Assembly: GCA_022605425.2 (NCBI GenBank)
Contig: JAKIMF020000011.1
Location: 682,001 to 746,000 of the forward strand
Source of the DNA: Hamiltosporidium tvaerminnensis FI-OER-3-3
Lineage: Eukaryota > Fungi > Microsporidia
Direction of reading: 5' to 3'
DNA: 64,000 bases
The notes beneath the pieces are model-generated. The model was not told where the DNA came from. It ran no database searches and saw nothing but the letters and a program-made list of their open reading frames with translations. Position 1 is the first letter of the stretch. Each line of letters opens with the position of its first letter. This document shows positions 34,937 through 49,471 of the stretch, piece by piece. A program made the translations under genes and the position numbers.

Positions 34937-36337
34937 ATAGGAAAAAATATTTTTTTTGAGTTACCATAATAATTATTAATGTAATTTCAAAGGAATTTGT
35001 AATTTCAGAAATGCATTTTTTTTTATATTTTTAATATCAAATATTATGTTTTCATCTCTATTTTAGTGTATTGAATATTTCATTTCTATAATCAATTTAT
35101 TTCATGACAACTTATCTCGAAATATTTAATTGTTTTGAAAAATTTAAAATACTAATAATATTTATCTGATTGAGAATATGACTCTTTCTTTTATTCAAAA
35201 ATTTTACAAAACTAATACGTATCTAAAGAAGTAGAACATATTAACTTTAAAACTTTTAATTGGTTCAAAAAAATTGTACCAACTATTTGAAAAAAAACTT
35301 TCCTAAGCTGTAAATACGTGACAAGAATATCATTAGTAATATGTTTTTTACTTTTTTAAAGGTTTTTTTAAATATTAAAATTGTTACCCTTAGAATCCCT
35401 CAGTTTGATTTTATAAACCGTTTTACAAACACATTACAATAATGAAGTAGAATGGATGTTTAAATTCCATTTAATTAAGAAATTTATTTTTATGATTAAT
35501 ACTTAAGCAAAATAATTATTTTCTGAATTTTATTCTGATATTTTATACTTTATTAAATTTAGATTCTTTAATAAAGATGATTAGAAAGTTATCTAATCAT
35601 TTGATTAACACAATAATACCACTCTAGAAAAATATTCTTTTCAGACAAAGAAAAGGCTTTCCATGTGATATTTCGGATGAAAAGCAAAGTAGAATGTAAT
35701 TAAAACCATGACTAAGAAACTTACTGTGGAAAAAAAGAATTAATTAGCTAAATTTGTAAAAAATCTATCATTAAAAAAGCAGAAAAGAGAAATGTTTGCG
35801 TTAAAAAGGTTCTGAAATTTTACTAAGAAATTGATCAACTGCATTGAAAAGACAGATATAAAATACTAAAAAATGCGAAGTAAATGAAACCAGGAAATAA
35901 AAAAACTAGATTGGAAATATTTCGAAATTATAGCACATTAATGAAGTTTCATGTTATATTTCCAATTTATTTTTATTTTTTTGTTGAATTTAAAATAATT
36001 TCGTATCTATGAGCTTAACAGATGGTATAATTGTATAATATCGATTTTATATCGTGTTAAGAGAAAATCTTGCCTATTTATAGCGAAGTCTGGAGAGATT
36101 GGATTGTTTTACATACGAATTAAACGTTTTTTTGAACCAGTAGAATGTTCGAGATAAAGACTTATTTACATACTTAATCCAGTCCCCGTTTACCTCTCGG
36201 TGTCTGGGATGAACAAATTAAAGTTTCATCTGTTTCCTTTAATCAGTTGTAACTTGAGATCATAGAGAATTGGCCTATACTTCTAGTGTTGTTTATATTC
36301 GGTAAAATGTAACAATGATTTTGAAACAATTCTGAAC

Positions 36338-36386
36338 AATCATTGCCAAGTAGAAATTTTTTTATACAGTTATTCTTTCTCACCAC
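36338..36386 (-). mobile_element. 5' fragment of the ~730-nt element
   Basis: cattgccaagtagaaatttttttat..gttatt matches the reverse complement of the element's first ~50 nt. Confidence 0.6.
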
Positions 36387-38833
36387 CAAGAAAATATAAG
36401 AAATCATTGTATAATTCAGTAATGTCCCGACGACGACGACTCACCTCGAAATGTTTAATTGGTTAAAAAAATATAAGACACCAATAAGAATGCCCCAATT
36501 AAGATATGCTCTTTCTATTTGTTCATAAATCTTACACAACCAATATAAGTAGTAGAAGTGAACATAAAACAATTAAAAAGTTTCTATTAGTTTAAAAAAA
36601 AATTGAAACAAACATTGTTAAAATTACTTGTAGATTTTAGCAGTTAGTAAGGATATATGATAAATTTGTTTTTTTTTTACTTTTTCTAAGGTATTCCATT
36701 TAAAAAAAGTTTAAATCAATTTGTAAAGCTTTCTTTTCTAAGAATTTACAGTTAGATAACAATTTGTACAATATTATGTATGCTTTTCTACCATTCTTCC
36801 ATGTACAATATTTATATTCTCAATAATAATTGCAAAAAAAACTTTGGTTCAATAGCTTCATGGAACTTTATACTCGATTGAATTAAAATGTTTTTAATTG
36901 AAATGAGTAAGAATTTATACAATAAATAAATTAAATAATACAGCATATAGTTAAAAGAGCGGAATTTTCAGACTAGTAATTTCTTCATCTGGCTAAATTT
37001 TTTCGAGAAAAAAGACAGAAATAAATAAAAATAGGTGGAAAGTGAATAGGCTAAACATAAATGCGGAGCTGAAACTCTGAAAAATTGGAAGTAAATGAAG
37101 TAGAAGAAGAAAAATATGATAATTAAAAAATATTCTAAATTTTATTGAGAAATTGCTTAAGAGCGGCAAATAATTCGAAATGAAAGACTAAAAAATATAC
37201 CACGAATAGACTCGGTGCAAAGATGCAATTTTTATTGAAAATTTCAAGAAACTATAGCTCAGATAAAAGGGTTTAAAATTATTTCTCCGATTTTTTTACG
37301 AATGTAAAAGAAATTTTGTTTAGACAAACTGAATGTCTAGTATAAATAGAAATTACAACGTTTAAACCCCCGAGAATGATAATGAAACTCATATTGCACG
37401 GATAACACACATTTTGTTCAGGTAGAATATGATAGAAACAGTGCTCATTATGAGAAATTGAAAATAATTTAAGGTGATAAATATTTTAACATAAAACTAT
37501 ACAATTTTTGTAATTCAAATGTGGAATAATAAGCATTTATGTTATGTACCGGTGTGTCGTATGTATTTAAAATGAAAGTTATTGCATTCAGTGGATCCTT
37601 ACTGTGTTATAGGCAGGATATAAATGTAATAGATGACTTTCTCGATAAATTAAAATTAAATTAATCGGGGTTTCTCATAAAGAATTAGTCTAATATGTGT
37701 AAAAAACGCTCTTAAATGACTATACTAGCCGAAAATATGAATAGTTCCGTGATTACGCCACTATTTCCTAAAAAAATAGCGGTTTTAATAAATTAATAGG
37801 TATCTAATTTCAATAAGGCTTTATTAATAGAATTAAAAATATAAATAAAACTGAAGAAAAAAAAACAGTTTTTAAAGCTAAAAATATTGAAAAGACACAT
37901 ATCTTATAACTAGAAAAATTGTCAATATACCCCGAAAAACACCATTTAACGCTGAAATTTTTGTTTATAATTTTTAATAAGATACTAAAGAAATACGATT
38001 TTTGAAGGGAAGGTGCCTTATTTGCGAATAAACTACCCAAATGATTCTTTATTTGATAATTTTAGAGGTTTATTTTACAAATTAACGCAAAAAGCTATGA
38101 TTACGACGATAGAGTGATGTATATTTATAAAATGTCTGTTTGTTTTGATAACAGAATCAATTCGCTTCAAGACAAAATTACAATATGTGTTGGATAAAGC
38201 GTTGCCAGAAACATACAGGTGGCCAAGATATATTTTCAGATTATATTATTTTTTAAATTACTTACGTGCTCATAATTAGTTTTATATGAAAGCACAAAGT
38301 GTAAGATTAGATTCTGGATGATACAATCTGGCAAAAGTTAGAATTAAGATTTGAAGCGAACTAATTCTAAAGGTATAATTAGCATTGAATGCAGAAAAAT
38401 CAAAGTAAGAAGACAATAAAACATTTAAAGTAACCTTTAAACAAGAAAAATCAACTTTTCTATTTTATTATATAACCAAAACAGAATAATTACGAAATTT
38501 CTAAATTCATATTTTTTTGTTTTTTATATAATTAAGATATATTCTGCGATCTAAAAACATATTATGAAGTGAATGATTGGTATTTATTTCGTAAAATACT
38601 TCAGACCAAATTAATACTTTTATTATTTGAAATTTATAGAATGATACTCCTAGGAGGTAAGTTACTCAATTTTCACTACAAATATAAATATACGTAAGTT
38701 TTAAATATTTTTTTGTCCTTTTTATGTTAAAAAGAATCAATGATAATATACCTGATCAATCTTCAAATTTAATATAATAAATTTAATTAATATAAAATTT
38801 CAAGAAATTATCACATTTTATTGACTTTATGGC

Positions 38834-39607
38834 TTATTCACACCCAATTTTAAAGTCTAAAGCCGTTATTGCAATACTAAAAGCTTCTATTGCATTCCAT
38901 GGATATTGATAATCCAGTACGAATACATTAGAAAGTATTTTTCCAAATGTGAGCGTAATATACGATGGTTCTTGTGGGTGAATCAACTGAAAATTTTTTA
39001 CAGAAGGCATTGTAACTCTTCCATTAAAATTTAAAACATATGAATTTGTTTCTGCATTAAAAACCGGTTTTTTGTTGCAAATAAATATTATTGAAGATAA
39101 ATCTCTTTCTCTCCACCTCTCACTTATGCTTTTATTCTCGAAATTATCGATTCCTCCGAATGCTACACAAAATGATCTGGGTCCTTTCGGTCCAAATAAA
39201 CACATATTATACTTCACGATCATGGTTTCCGGAACACTCTTCTCTAATTCATATAAATGATATGTTGTTCCAGTAAAATTTGAAGATAATTTGGCGCAAA
39301 GTTTGGTTGTATTTCCCGAATAACTGTAAATATTAAAGCCAAAAAATGTTTTCTCGGCTTTTAAAAGTCTATTTCTAGTATTATTACCATTTTCGTATTC
39401 ATAGAAATAGCGATTCCGAAAATATTTTTTTTCTCTTACTACTTGACCTTTAACAATCACATCCATTTTGGGATGATTTTTCACAATATTTTTATGTGAA
39501 AGATACACTTCATTCTCTGTTGCAGGTGTCAATCTTTCATTTAATTCCTCGAAGTTTCTTTCTGATAAACCAAAATCCGGAGACATAAACGAACTATCAT
39601 CTGCCAT
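38834..39607 (-). CDS. Tubby C-terminal domain (TULP-like) protein
   Basis: KLSSNFTGTTY, GPRSF, NKKPVFNAETNSYVLNFNGRVTMPSVKNFQL, FGK, FVLDYQYPWNAIEAFSIAI and C-terminal KIGCE are hallmark Tubby motifs. Confidence 0.95.
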   Translation of the reverse strand: MADDSSFMSPDFGLSERNFEELNERLTPATENEVYLSHKNIVKNHPKMDVIVKGQVVREKKYFRNRYFYEYENGNNTRNRLLKAEKTFFGFNIYSYSGNTTKLCAKLSSNFTGTTYHLYELEKSVPETMIVKYNMCLFGPKGPRSFCVAFGGIDNFENKSISERWRERDLSSIIFICNKKPVFNAETNSYVLNFNGRVTMPSVKNFQLIHPQEPSYITLTFGKILSNVFVLDYQYPWNAIEAFSIAITALDFKIGCE

Positions 39608-40745
39608 TGTTTACTAACATAAACCGAATTTTATTTAAAATATGAAACAGTGTTTCACTTTTTGATTTATTTCAAATTTTTTCAAAATATATTAATTTTC
39701 TTTAGTACAAAATATTTTTATAAAAAAAGTGTTTCAATATATTATCAGCGATATTCAATATTTAATATTTTCTTACAAAGTCATTAGTTACACCAATTAT
39801 TCTATTTTCATATGTCTTATATTTACCAATTTACATTTCCTGGGTTTATAACTACATTGAATCACAATAAAAAATTTATTATCCAACATTTGAAAATATA
39901 TTTATCTCTTTGTATAAACTTACTCTAAGAGAGCTATTCTCAACGAAATAAGTTATTGTTTAGGCTTAATTACCAACCAGGTTTTTTAAATTAGACATCT
40001 AATCTACAATTGTGATTTTTGTAAAATATTAGAATTTCAGGTCAGTGTCCTTAGATTAATCTTGAACACTTTTTTTAAATATATGATTTATAAATTCAAA
40101 AACTTATAAAAATTTTGACTTGGTTTTTAAATAAAAATAGACTAAAAAATATTGAAATTTTGAAGTGCATTGTTGTATCTTGTATTCTTAGAATATTGCA
40201 TATAAAACTATTGAAAAGATTTATGATTAATTAACAAATCAAATAGAAAAATATTTCTGTATAAATTTTTTTTGAATAAAATTTGTCTGAATATTTTATT
40301 ACGAAAAAAATAAGAATAAAAATTATATCTGTTGTAATCGCAATCAGAAAAAAAACAAACCGTTTTTGTGGAATATTGGCACGTCTAATCGATTGATTTG
40401 ATAACATATTAGTTGAAAATGACTACTTTTGCCGACCAGAATGAAATTGTAATTTTTTCTTAATTTACTATATAGAATAAATGTACTAATTTATATAAAG
40501 ATGTGATGAAATAATAAAAAAAATGCTTAATACAGGAACCTATCGAATTATCAGTAAAAATTTAAATTCGGGAAAATATTTTGTCAAAGAAAAAGCATCG
40601 CGTTGGTACATATTGTAATAAAAAGAGATAAAAAGAGATAAAAAGAATAAATAATTTTTTTAAAGCCAAACTATGAAAAATTCACTTATATTGCTTTGCA
40701 ATATTTATTTAAAAACTTTTTTCAAACAAATATTCGACATTAGCG

Positions 40746-42235
40746 CTAATACATGAAAAGAGCATGTGTCTTCTCAAGAAGAAAAATTAAACTATCAGTA
40801 TGTTCTTTTTTAAAATAAGCTTCATCTTTAGAAAGCCGATCAAATCTTTTTTTTAAACTTTCGTATTTGGTTTGGTTAGAAGCAAAAGAAGAAAATTTAA
40901 ATGGCTTTTTCATATATAAAGTATCGAAAATATCAAAGTAATACTTAATTATTTTAAATATAAGATGGTTGCTAAAAATGGTTTTTTCTTGTTCCTTTTT
41001 ATTAAGGAATTTCGAATCACTACTGGAACTAGTGTTAAATGACCCATATAACGTATAAATCTCCGTTATTTCCTCTTCATCAAAGTAAAACATTACAGCT
41101 AATAGAACTGGGCTGATTTTATCAGATATATTATTTATGGCGCCAGATGAAACGCTTTCCGATTTTTCCCCTATCAAAGTTTTTGCATCAGAAAATAATT
41201 CTAAATATTTTGGCAAGACATCAGATGGTTCCGAAAATATACTAGTGATGATTCTAATGATATATTAGTATATAAAACCAAGCTTAATTGAAGTTTGCGA
41301 TTAATACTACAAGAATCTGTAGCTTTAGGTGCATTTAAAATTTTTTTAACTTCTTTATCTGTATATTTTATATAACTTTCAATTCCCTGTAAGCCAAAAA
41401 AAACTGTCACATAATTTTTTATATCGGATTTAGCTAAATTTATTCTTTCTTCTATAGCTTTCTTTATTGCAATAAATACAGGAAGCTGCAAAAGTATACT
41501 ACCTTGTGGAGCCGAAAGATCAAAATTCTCTATATTTTTTTGAAAATAGCTTCAAAATCTTGTTTTTTTCTGCATTTAACTCTAAAATTTTATTTTCTAT
41601 TTTTATCAGATTTTTTAATATTAAAAAATATTTCTTAGTTCCTAAGGCTGAGATATGATTCTTAATCAAATATCCATCTTCTAATAGAATCAATATCTCG
41701 GGTAGTTTAGATTTTTCAGAATAATTAATAATATTATTTGCAACTTCTTCCATTGAGCACTTAGGAATATCTATAGAAGGTGGAGAAATAGAGTCTGGAA
41801 GTGAAGAGAAATTACCTTCTTGAATATGAATACCTGGAATTTTGATTGTTTGCATTGGTTCGGTTCCAGTATCTTGCTCTTCTTTACCGTTATATAACGA
41901 AAAATTCATATTGGGCAGTTTTCGTAATCGAAAAAAATTTGGTGAATTTCTTCTTTGTTGGTCCTTATTTATATCTATATTCAAATATGTCTCGGTTATT
42001 CCAGATGTTGAAGCATTTTGGTTTAAAATGACTTCCTTACTGAAACAGAATCACTTGAATCGTCCAATTTACCGGGTTTTATAGTATCGTGTTTGTATTC
42101 TTTGGTTTCTGGAATCGTTTTTATTTCCGAATTTTTTCCGTTTTCTTCTATCAAAATTGAAGCGTTGCTACATAATATAAACAAAAAAGTCATCAAAATA
42201 AAATTATCATTAGAAATGCACTTTGTAAAATACAT
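40746..42235 (-). pseudogene. frameshifted member of the secreted-protein family
   Basis: AATAATCCC-ATG; N-terminus MYFTKCISNDNFILMTFLFILCSNAS. ORF pieces 42023-42235, 41520-41984, 41201-41491 and 40746-41216 carry family motifs (KYFLILKNLIKIE, FFGLQGIES, YLELFS, VMFYFDEEEITEIY). Confidence 0.88.
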
Positions 42236-44299
42236 GGGATTATTTTTCTTTCGATATTTAAATCTAACAAATTAAACATACAGAGTAAATTTTTTAAAAA
42301 AAACCAAATATAGTTAATGATTTTTTTAAAAAAATCAAATAGCGTAAATTATTATGAAATATTTTTTTCTTAAATTTGCTAAGCTTGAAATTATAATTTT
42401 TTCTTAAAATATAATTGTTTTAACAATATCGGTTTATATTACATATTTTAATGGTAAAATTTTAATTTGAACGTATACTAAACCTTTATATCTGCTTATA
42501 TCTTTATTTTCGGCATAGCTGGTTTTCTCTTTTAATATCATATTAAACGATAAGAATTCTACATATAATACATTTTATATTGAGATACCGGTTTTTAGTT
42601 TATTGCATTAACAACAAAAGTAACGAGTTTCAAATATTTTATTTTTGCTTCTTACACCACATTAAAAATATTTATTCTTATATTAAACATATTTTTGTAT
42701 ATCTATTCTCATATAGTATTTTGTATGCCAGTATATTTATTGTCGGCATTTATCTTTATAATAATTATTTTCTAAATATATATAGAAATTTAAAGATATT
42801 AAAATACTACATTTAGTATATGACTGTAGTATGATTGCGTGTGATCCTTATAAAAATTCTTACGATTCTATCTCAAGGTTTTCAAGTAAATAACATATGA
42901 TTCGGGAACAAGCATCGATACAAAAATTTGGTAGATTGTAACTTGTATTGTTTACAGATTATTGAATTAAAATTTAATTGATTATAAATATTTGAATTTA
43001 TTTTCGAAACGTTATTGGACGAAATTATATACCTCAATTGTATAAATTTATCCGTTTGCAAATCTTAGTGTTTCTTTTGTACATTTTAAAAGTTGTTTTA
43101 TGTAATGTTAGTTACAAATAACGGTTAAAAAATGAATACTTCGCAATAAAAACTTAGAATAAGATTACTAATAAGATAGTATATTTTTTTCGAAGTATTT
43201 TATGAAAGCTCACTTAAGGATTATAGATTAATTATATTACCAAATTCTTGCTAATATATGAAATATTTTAGAATGTCACAACTGATAAACGCTTTTTCTG
43301 TATTCAAAATATATTTATCTATTATTTTCGATTTCAAATTACATTTATTTCTAAACTTACATCCTTTAATTGTTTGTTTAAAAAAGATACTTAGTTTAAC
43401 TTTCATTCTTAACAGCCATAACGAGTAATTTAGTGTATGAGTTTTACTTTCTTCAAATAAATTAAAAAAAGTCAATTATTAGTATTTTTTGCGTCAAAAG
43501 GAACTTGTATGCTAAAGATAACCAAAATATGTTTTTACGGTTAAAAAGCTGAAAAATACTTGTCGATAATTCAAATTAAATTCAAAATTAGCTATACTAT
43601 ATCATTTTGGGACATTAAAATGTTTATACTGAAAGTTTCAAATATAAATAAGCAACTAATCGAGTATTCAATTACACCTTGAACGGTCTTTTTTTGGTAA
43701 ATCAGGCTTTTTTAGCCTCGCTAAAAAGAGAAAATAGGAGGTGTTTATTTTCTAATTTCGATCAATATATCTTTAGAGACAAAACTCTAGCCAAGTTACT
43801 TAATAAATTTTCTTTTCAGTATAAAGCTATAGTCTTCAATAACAATGCATTACAATATATCTATCAAAAGCAGGGTTTTGTAAACAAGTTTTCAAAAGTT
43901 TCAAACATTATTCATTAGAACACTAATTGACTATTCTAATGCTCTAGTAATAAATAATAAAGTTTGAAAAGTATATATGCATTTATTAGCTTGATTTTTT
44001 TCAATTAAAAAAAATTAGTATTTTGCATTCACCGTAAATTTTATACAATTAAAAATTCTTTGATAAATGATTTAACTCTTCGGAGAATTTTCTCTATCTC
44101 TTTATCAACCAAACTTTTCTTTTATAGATCAGACTCTGTTTTTATATTTTCTCCCAAGACTTCATGTATAGTTTCCCTATCTAAGATATGAGGTATCGTA
44201 TTTTTCATATTTGCGTGTTTAAAACAATCATCTTGGTCATTTGTTGGCCCAAAGAAGCTATTGGTTGCTCGATAATGTCTGTTATTTGCAATAACACAT

Positions 44300-47200
44300 T
44301 GATCTCTGCCAAATCTTTTGGTATTTTTTAATTTAAGTCTTTTCGGCCATCCATGAAATTTTTTCATGTATCTTCTTGAGTACTGCCGAATTAGTAAACT
44401 GTATGTCATTCATAGTGATTAGCAGTCTTATATGATACATAATGTTGCGATTTTTCACAATGCTTCTTGCAGGTTTATCACACAAGTAATTATCACCGGG
44501 GTTTCCTCATTAATAAGATGCAATTCATTAGCAAATAAGTCATATTTTCTAATTTTTCTAGTTTCACCTTTTTAAAATTTATCTTAAGTTATGTTTCTAT
44601 TAGAATGAAGGCTTTAATATTTATTATCTAGTCTTTAGCAACTATATAAAATCTATTATTCCTAATCTTGAATTCGGTTTTTATTCTGGCGTTTCCTTAT
44701 ATTTTAAAATACAGATTTTCCCGAAATTCTTAAACTATGTGACTCTTAATTTGTTGTAAGATTTAAATTTAACCGTTTAGAAGTGTTTTTAGATCTTAAA
44801 ATGCTTGTTTATGCCGCCTGATGTATTAAAAGTCAAGTATTTCTTTATATACCAAGTCATGGAATAATCTCCGAGTAAACAAAACATATTTCAGTGTCAA
44901 CACAAACCCTCGCGTACCTAAAATACAGTTAAACCTTAGATATGCTAGAACCATTTTCAATATATTCTTTCTATACTCTATTTCTTATGCCATTTTTAAA
45001 GAATGAGTAACTTAAAAGCTCAATTTTTCTTGCATTATATAACTTGAAATGAAGTTTCGGTCTTTCATTTCTTTATATAATTTTAAAAGTTCGATCTCTT
45101 AAAGTTTAATTTTGGCGCCTTTTTGATGCCAGCATTTAAGATTCAAAAAGTTTTTATTTTATGCAAAAATGATTTGATGCATATTCAAGTTTAAGCATTT
45201 TGTAATTATGGTTTAGAAATCTTCAGTTTTTTCAAAAAAATCCAAAACTTACGAAGACATATGGTTTGTTTTCGCAATACAACACTATTAAGACCTTTAG
45301 GATTATTATCTGTGAAGTTATAAGCGCAAAATAAAAGCTAGTCTGAGGTTTTACTTCTTTTTATACTAACACAGCATTATCACATTATCTGACTCATAGA
45401 AATCTGCTTGTTATGATTTTAGAACTCCGTATAGGATTATATATTACGTTTAGCGGATAATTTATATCGGAAATTAAATTTTAAATTTATTTAGTGCTAT
45501 ATTTGTCAAATTACGAAATTAGTCCGCTTTGTAGTAATTCAAATGAGCTAAGTATCGGACTACCCTCTTATGCAGCTATTATTCTATTATATTTAAAGAC
45601 GGAAAAATTACTGGATGGGTAACAGTAATTACAAGCCTATCATTTATGCCTGCAATATTCTCTATTTCTACAAAAATGATTTAAATTTCTTTTAACTCAC
45701 CTGTCATAGATTTCAAGGCTGTGCTTGCAATTATAATGAGCTTAAGATCATCAATCACAAGAATTTATTGGCTTTTGAGAAACTGCATCATTATGTATTC
45801 TAGCATTTGTGCATTTCTCATTGTGTTACGGCCTCAAATTGTCCATACTAAGCACAAATATTAACGGTTCCCACATATCATCTAAAATTAGATCTTTCTC
45901 AAACTTTTTGTTCAAGATTTTTCAGAAGTTAGAGATGTATGATCTTCATTTTTGTATTGCTCCTTAAAAATTTGGACTCAATCAATGAAATGAGAGTTCG
46001 AATTTACTGGTTTAAACTTGTATTTTCGACATGATTTTAATTTTTGAACTTCAATATACGATGTTTTATGTAGATTTTTTTTTGTTCAGCCCAGAAGCCG
46101 ATTAAACGGTTCTTTTGCTCGTTTAAATCTTCCTGGTTCTTACTGATTTTATGCAAATCCTTGATTTCAATTGAAAGCGTAAACGCAGAATGAATTTAGT
46201 CTTTGGCTTGTTCAAATTAGACACATATGTAATCAGTCTAAAGCCAAGATTTTTTTTGAAAATTTTCAGGTATCAGATAATAAAGATATTTTAAGTCTTT
46301 GCCGGCAATAGAATTTAATTCTTAGATATATCGACACAATATAATCAATATCACTGAAGATATTGGCTACTTTTTAGATCAAAAACTTAAAAAGCATAAT
46401 AGCTAAGTGAAATCATGCTAGAAAGCCCATTTATGATATTTTTATACCCATAAAGTAACCTGACTTAGGAAGTATCAAGAAAATTTTATGAGGTACCCTT
46501 GTTATGGGATTATGTCATTATGATTGTTTTACAGACAGCCAAAAACCTAAACTTTAGAAAAATTAGTCACATGCTTTGATTTTACACGCCTAGATAACGT
46601 CAATGAAATCAAATATCTCAACCATATCATTTCTTCTCGGAAAACTTCTTATCTTTCTTATCCTTCTTATCCAATAGTTTAAAGCATAACCGAGCATTGG
46701 TAACTTTTTTTATTAAAGCCACATAAAGATTATTTATGTTATTTATTGTTACATTTCTTATGATTTTTTTAGGATCTTTGTTATTGTCATAGGTTTCTAG
46801 TGTTTACGGGCTCGCAACAAGTTCTTTAGAAAATTAAAATGAATATTTTTCCTGCCAATTTTTTCCTCTCAGCCGATCATTGTTACTCTACATTTATTGG
46901 TTTGTAGAAGGATACATTTGCTGTTTTTATTTTATATATGGCCCGTATTTACTCCAAGTACATAAGAATTGGCGTATTAACCAATATTCCAAAAAATGAA
47001 GTTCGGAATTTTATTTTCAATTTTTGTTTGGATGCGTTCTAGTTCTGTCTCCCACTTTTTTAATTTACTTCTCTTTGATTTTTTTTTTTTGGCTCAAATA
47101 TTTATTTTACTTGAATTTATATTGAGTAGCATCGGTACGTAAATAGTTCAATGAGAAATGGGGTAATTCCAGATTGGTTTTCATCCTCTTCTAGACTTAT

Positions 47201-47500
47201 TTCTATTTACCTCATTGCATGTGGTATTTTGTAACAGATCGAAAATTGTGCCACAATCAAATTTCAGTTTTTTTCTTAGAGTTTTGTCTACCTCTTTCAC
47301 AAATTGAACAACATTTTAACCACTACAAAAAAAATCCAGGCTCGATTCTACTACTCGACTATTACGAAATGAATATATTTCATAATGTATTAAGCCGATT
47401 TTCTCTAGAAATAGCTTGAACAAGAATTTTTTATGTTTTTACTAGCAGGCAGTTACTTATACTGAAAAATTTTGCCGTTTTATTCGGCGAGAAGAAGCCG
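44300..47500 (-). mobile_element. decayed RLE non-LTR retrotransposon relic
   Basis: The minus strand gives RKYDLFANEL (~44521-44550), an LHxKLYNAR-like block (~45028-45058) and an RLITYVSNL block (~46213-46240; cf. RPITCMSNL). Boundaries approximate. Confidence 0.75.
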
Positions 47501-48210
47501 AAAAAATGTTCTTTTCTGTTTTATATTCCGTTTACACATATGATTGATGGATCTTTTTTGTGCGAGAAAAAAAATACAAGATTCATATCTGAATATTTCA
47601 CGTTTTCTCTCTACAGTTTTATTTCATTTTTATATCGAGTTCCTTCCGATTTATAATATTTCATTCTTTTTCTTATAGCAAAACGTTAATATATTTATGA
47701 ACGTAGTATTTGGTTAAAACGTATATTATGTTTTTTAATCATCAATTAGGCAAAAAAATTATATTATAACCATTGGCTTAATATATTTTTATTACAAATT
47801 AGAATGAATTTTTATAAATAATTTGGTATGATTGACTTATATAGAACATATTAAATTTATAAAAACAAATTACCAAAAATGGCTAATATGAAGAAAAAAT
47901 ATGATTTAAGAAAATTATTTTAGCTTACAAATAAATCTTTAATTTGTATTTTTAAAAAAATCTGCTATAATAAATCAAAATGCTGAACTAAATATATATA
48001 TACACAAGAGGATGAAAATTTTTAATTATACTTGAAGGGTAGTATTGATTATGACCTTGAAAAGATAGTAAATTTTTTTTAAATATTTGTACTTTATTTT
48101 TTGGAGGTCAAAAAAAGATATATTTTAAAAAAAATTATTTCGTTAAAAGTCACTAAATTATACTCAATTAGTTAAATAGTAAGAAGAAATCATAAATACT
48201 TCACAGGTAG

Positions 48211-49471
48211 TTAAAGTGCCTCTGAAGGGTTTGATGCGCCACTAATGGGATTTATGATGCATGAGCAAAACTGAATCTCACTGATATCAAAATATTCATA
48301 GCGAAACATTACATCAAATAAATACCATATGTTTTTATCCGTAAAAACTTTTTTCTCGGAACAAGAATTATTGGGTAATTTTGCTTTGTGCCATTCTCTT
48401 GCTGCAGAAAACAATTCTAAATATCCTTGGAGGATTTCAGATTTATTTACACATATTATAGTAAAAATTTTGATTATGACGGTTAAATTGTTATATATAC
48501 GAAAATTTTTGGGAAAATTTCTATCAAAATAAATATTTTCTATATAAGTTGATTTTGATGGATCTAAGATATCTGCAATCATCTCAGATGTTTTGATTAG
48601 GATACTCTTTACTAATTTTAAACAGAATGCAATCCTAACATAATATTTTACATGTGGTGTACATGAGTATATCTCTACCTCTAATAGTTTATGTAAATGA
48701 AAAAGCAAAGGAATATTATAAAATATACTTGTTTCTGGAACAGCTAAATCCATATTCTTACCATTTTTTTTAAACAGATCTTCAAATTCTTTTTTTTTAA
48801 TTGCATCAATATTTATAATATTTTTTTCAATAATTAGCAAATTTCTAGCCAGCAAAAAATATTTGGCAAAAATTCCTTCTTTCAAAATATCATCAAATAA
48901 TACATCAATGTCTAAGATTATGCTAATGTCAGGAATTGCCATATTTTCTGAATAATTGAAATATGGTTTAAAAGATTTTTTAGCTCAAGTGAAGATAGTT
49001 TCTCTGGAGGCGAATCAATAGAAATAAAGTGTGAATAAACCAAACATGGGGCATTATTATTTTTTGAAATTTTATGAGAAACTCCCTCTGGGGTTGAAAA
49101 TGAACTATTATCACCGAAATTGCTGCCATCATCTATTTTATATGAAGAATACGGTTTTTTATGCGTCGATTCAACTCTTAGACATGTTTTGGCTTCTCCT
49201 TGATCTAAAATTGTTCCTTGATTCTTTGAAAAATGCGAATCAGTTGGGTGATGAGTTACGGGATTTGGGTGCAAAGCTACAAATTTTTCTTGCATTTGAA
49301 CTGCATGCAATTCTGTTTTTTTCAAAACGTGACTGTTTGGTTCGTTCCGGTATTTTGTACTTCCGAAGCCTTTCTTTTTTTATCTCTTAAAATACTTGAA
49401 GACTTACAAGTTAAAAGCAAAAAAAGTATCAAAATGCAATTGAACTTATACATAACTCTTTGAAAAAGCAT
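48211..49471 (-). pseudogene. frameshifted member of the secreted-protein family
   Basis: CCCCCT-ATG; N-terminus MLFQRVMYKFNCILILFLLLTCKSS. ORF pieces 48918-49325 and 48211-48942 (LFDDIL, KYFLLARNL.IIEK, YLELFSAAREWH, LFDVMF). Confidence 0.88.

Noticed and set aside
36200-36270. Hammerhead-like CUGAUUA...GAAAC on the minus strand
   Set aside because: Core deviates from CUGANGA, and stem II cannot form.
35500-38450. Possible DNA-transposon (Tc1/piggyBac/MULE) relics in the intergenic region
   Set aside because: Composition looks like decayed coding DNA, but I could not identify TIRs or catalytic motifs.
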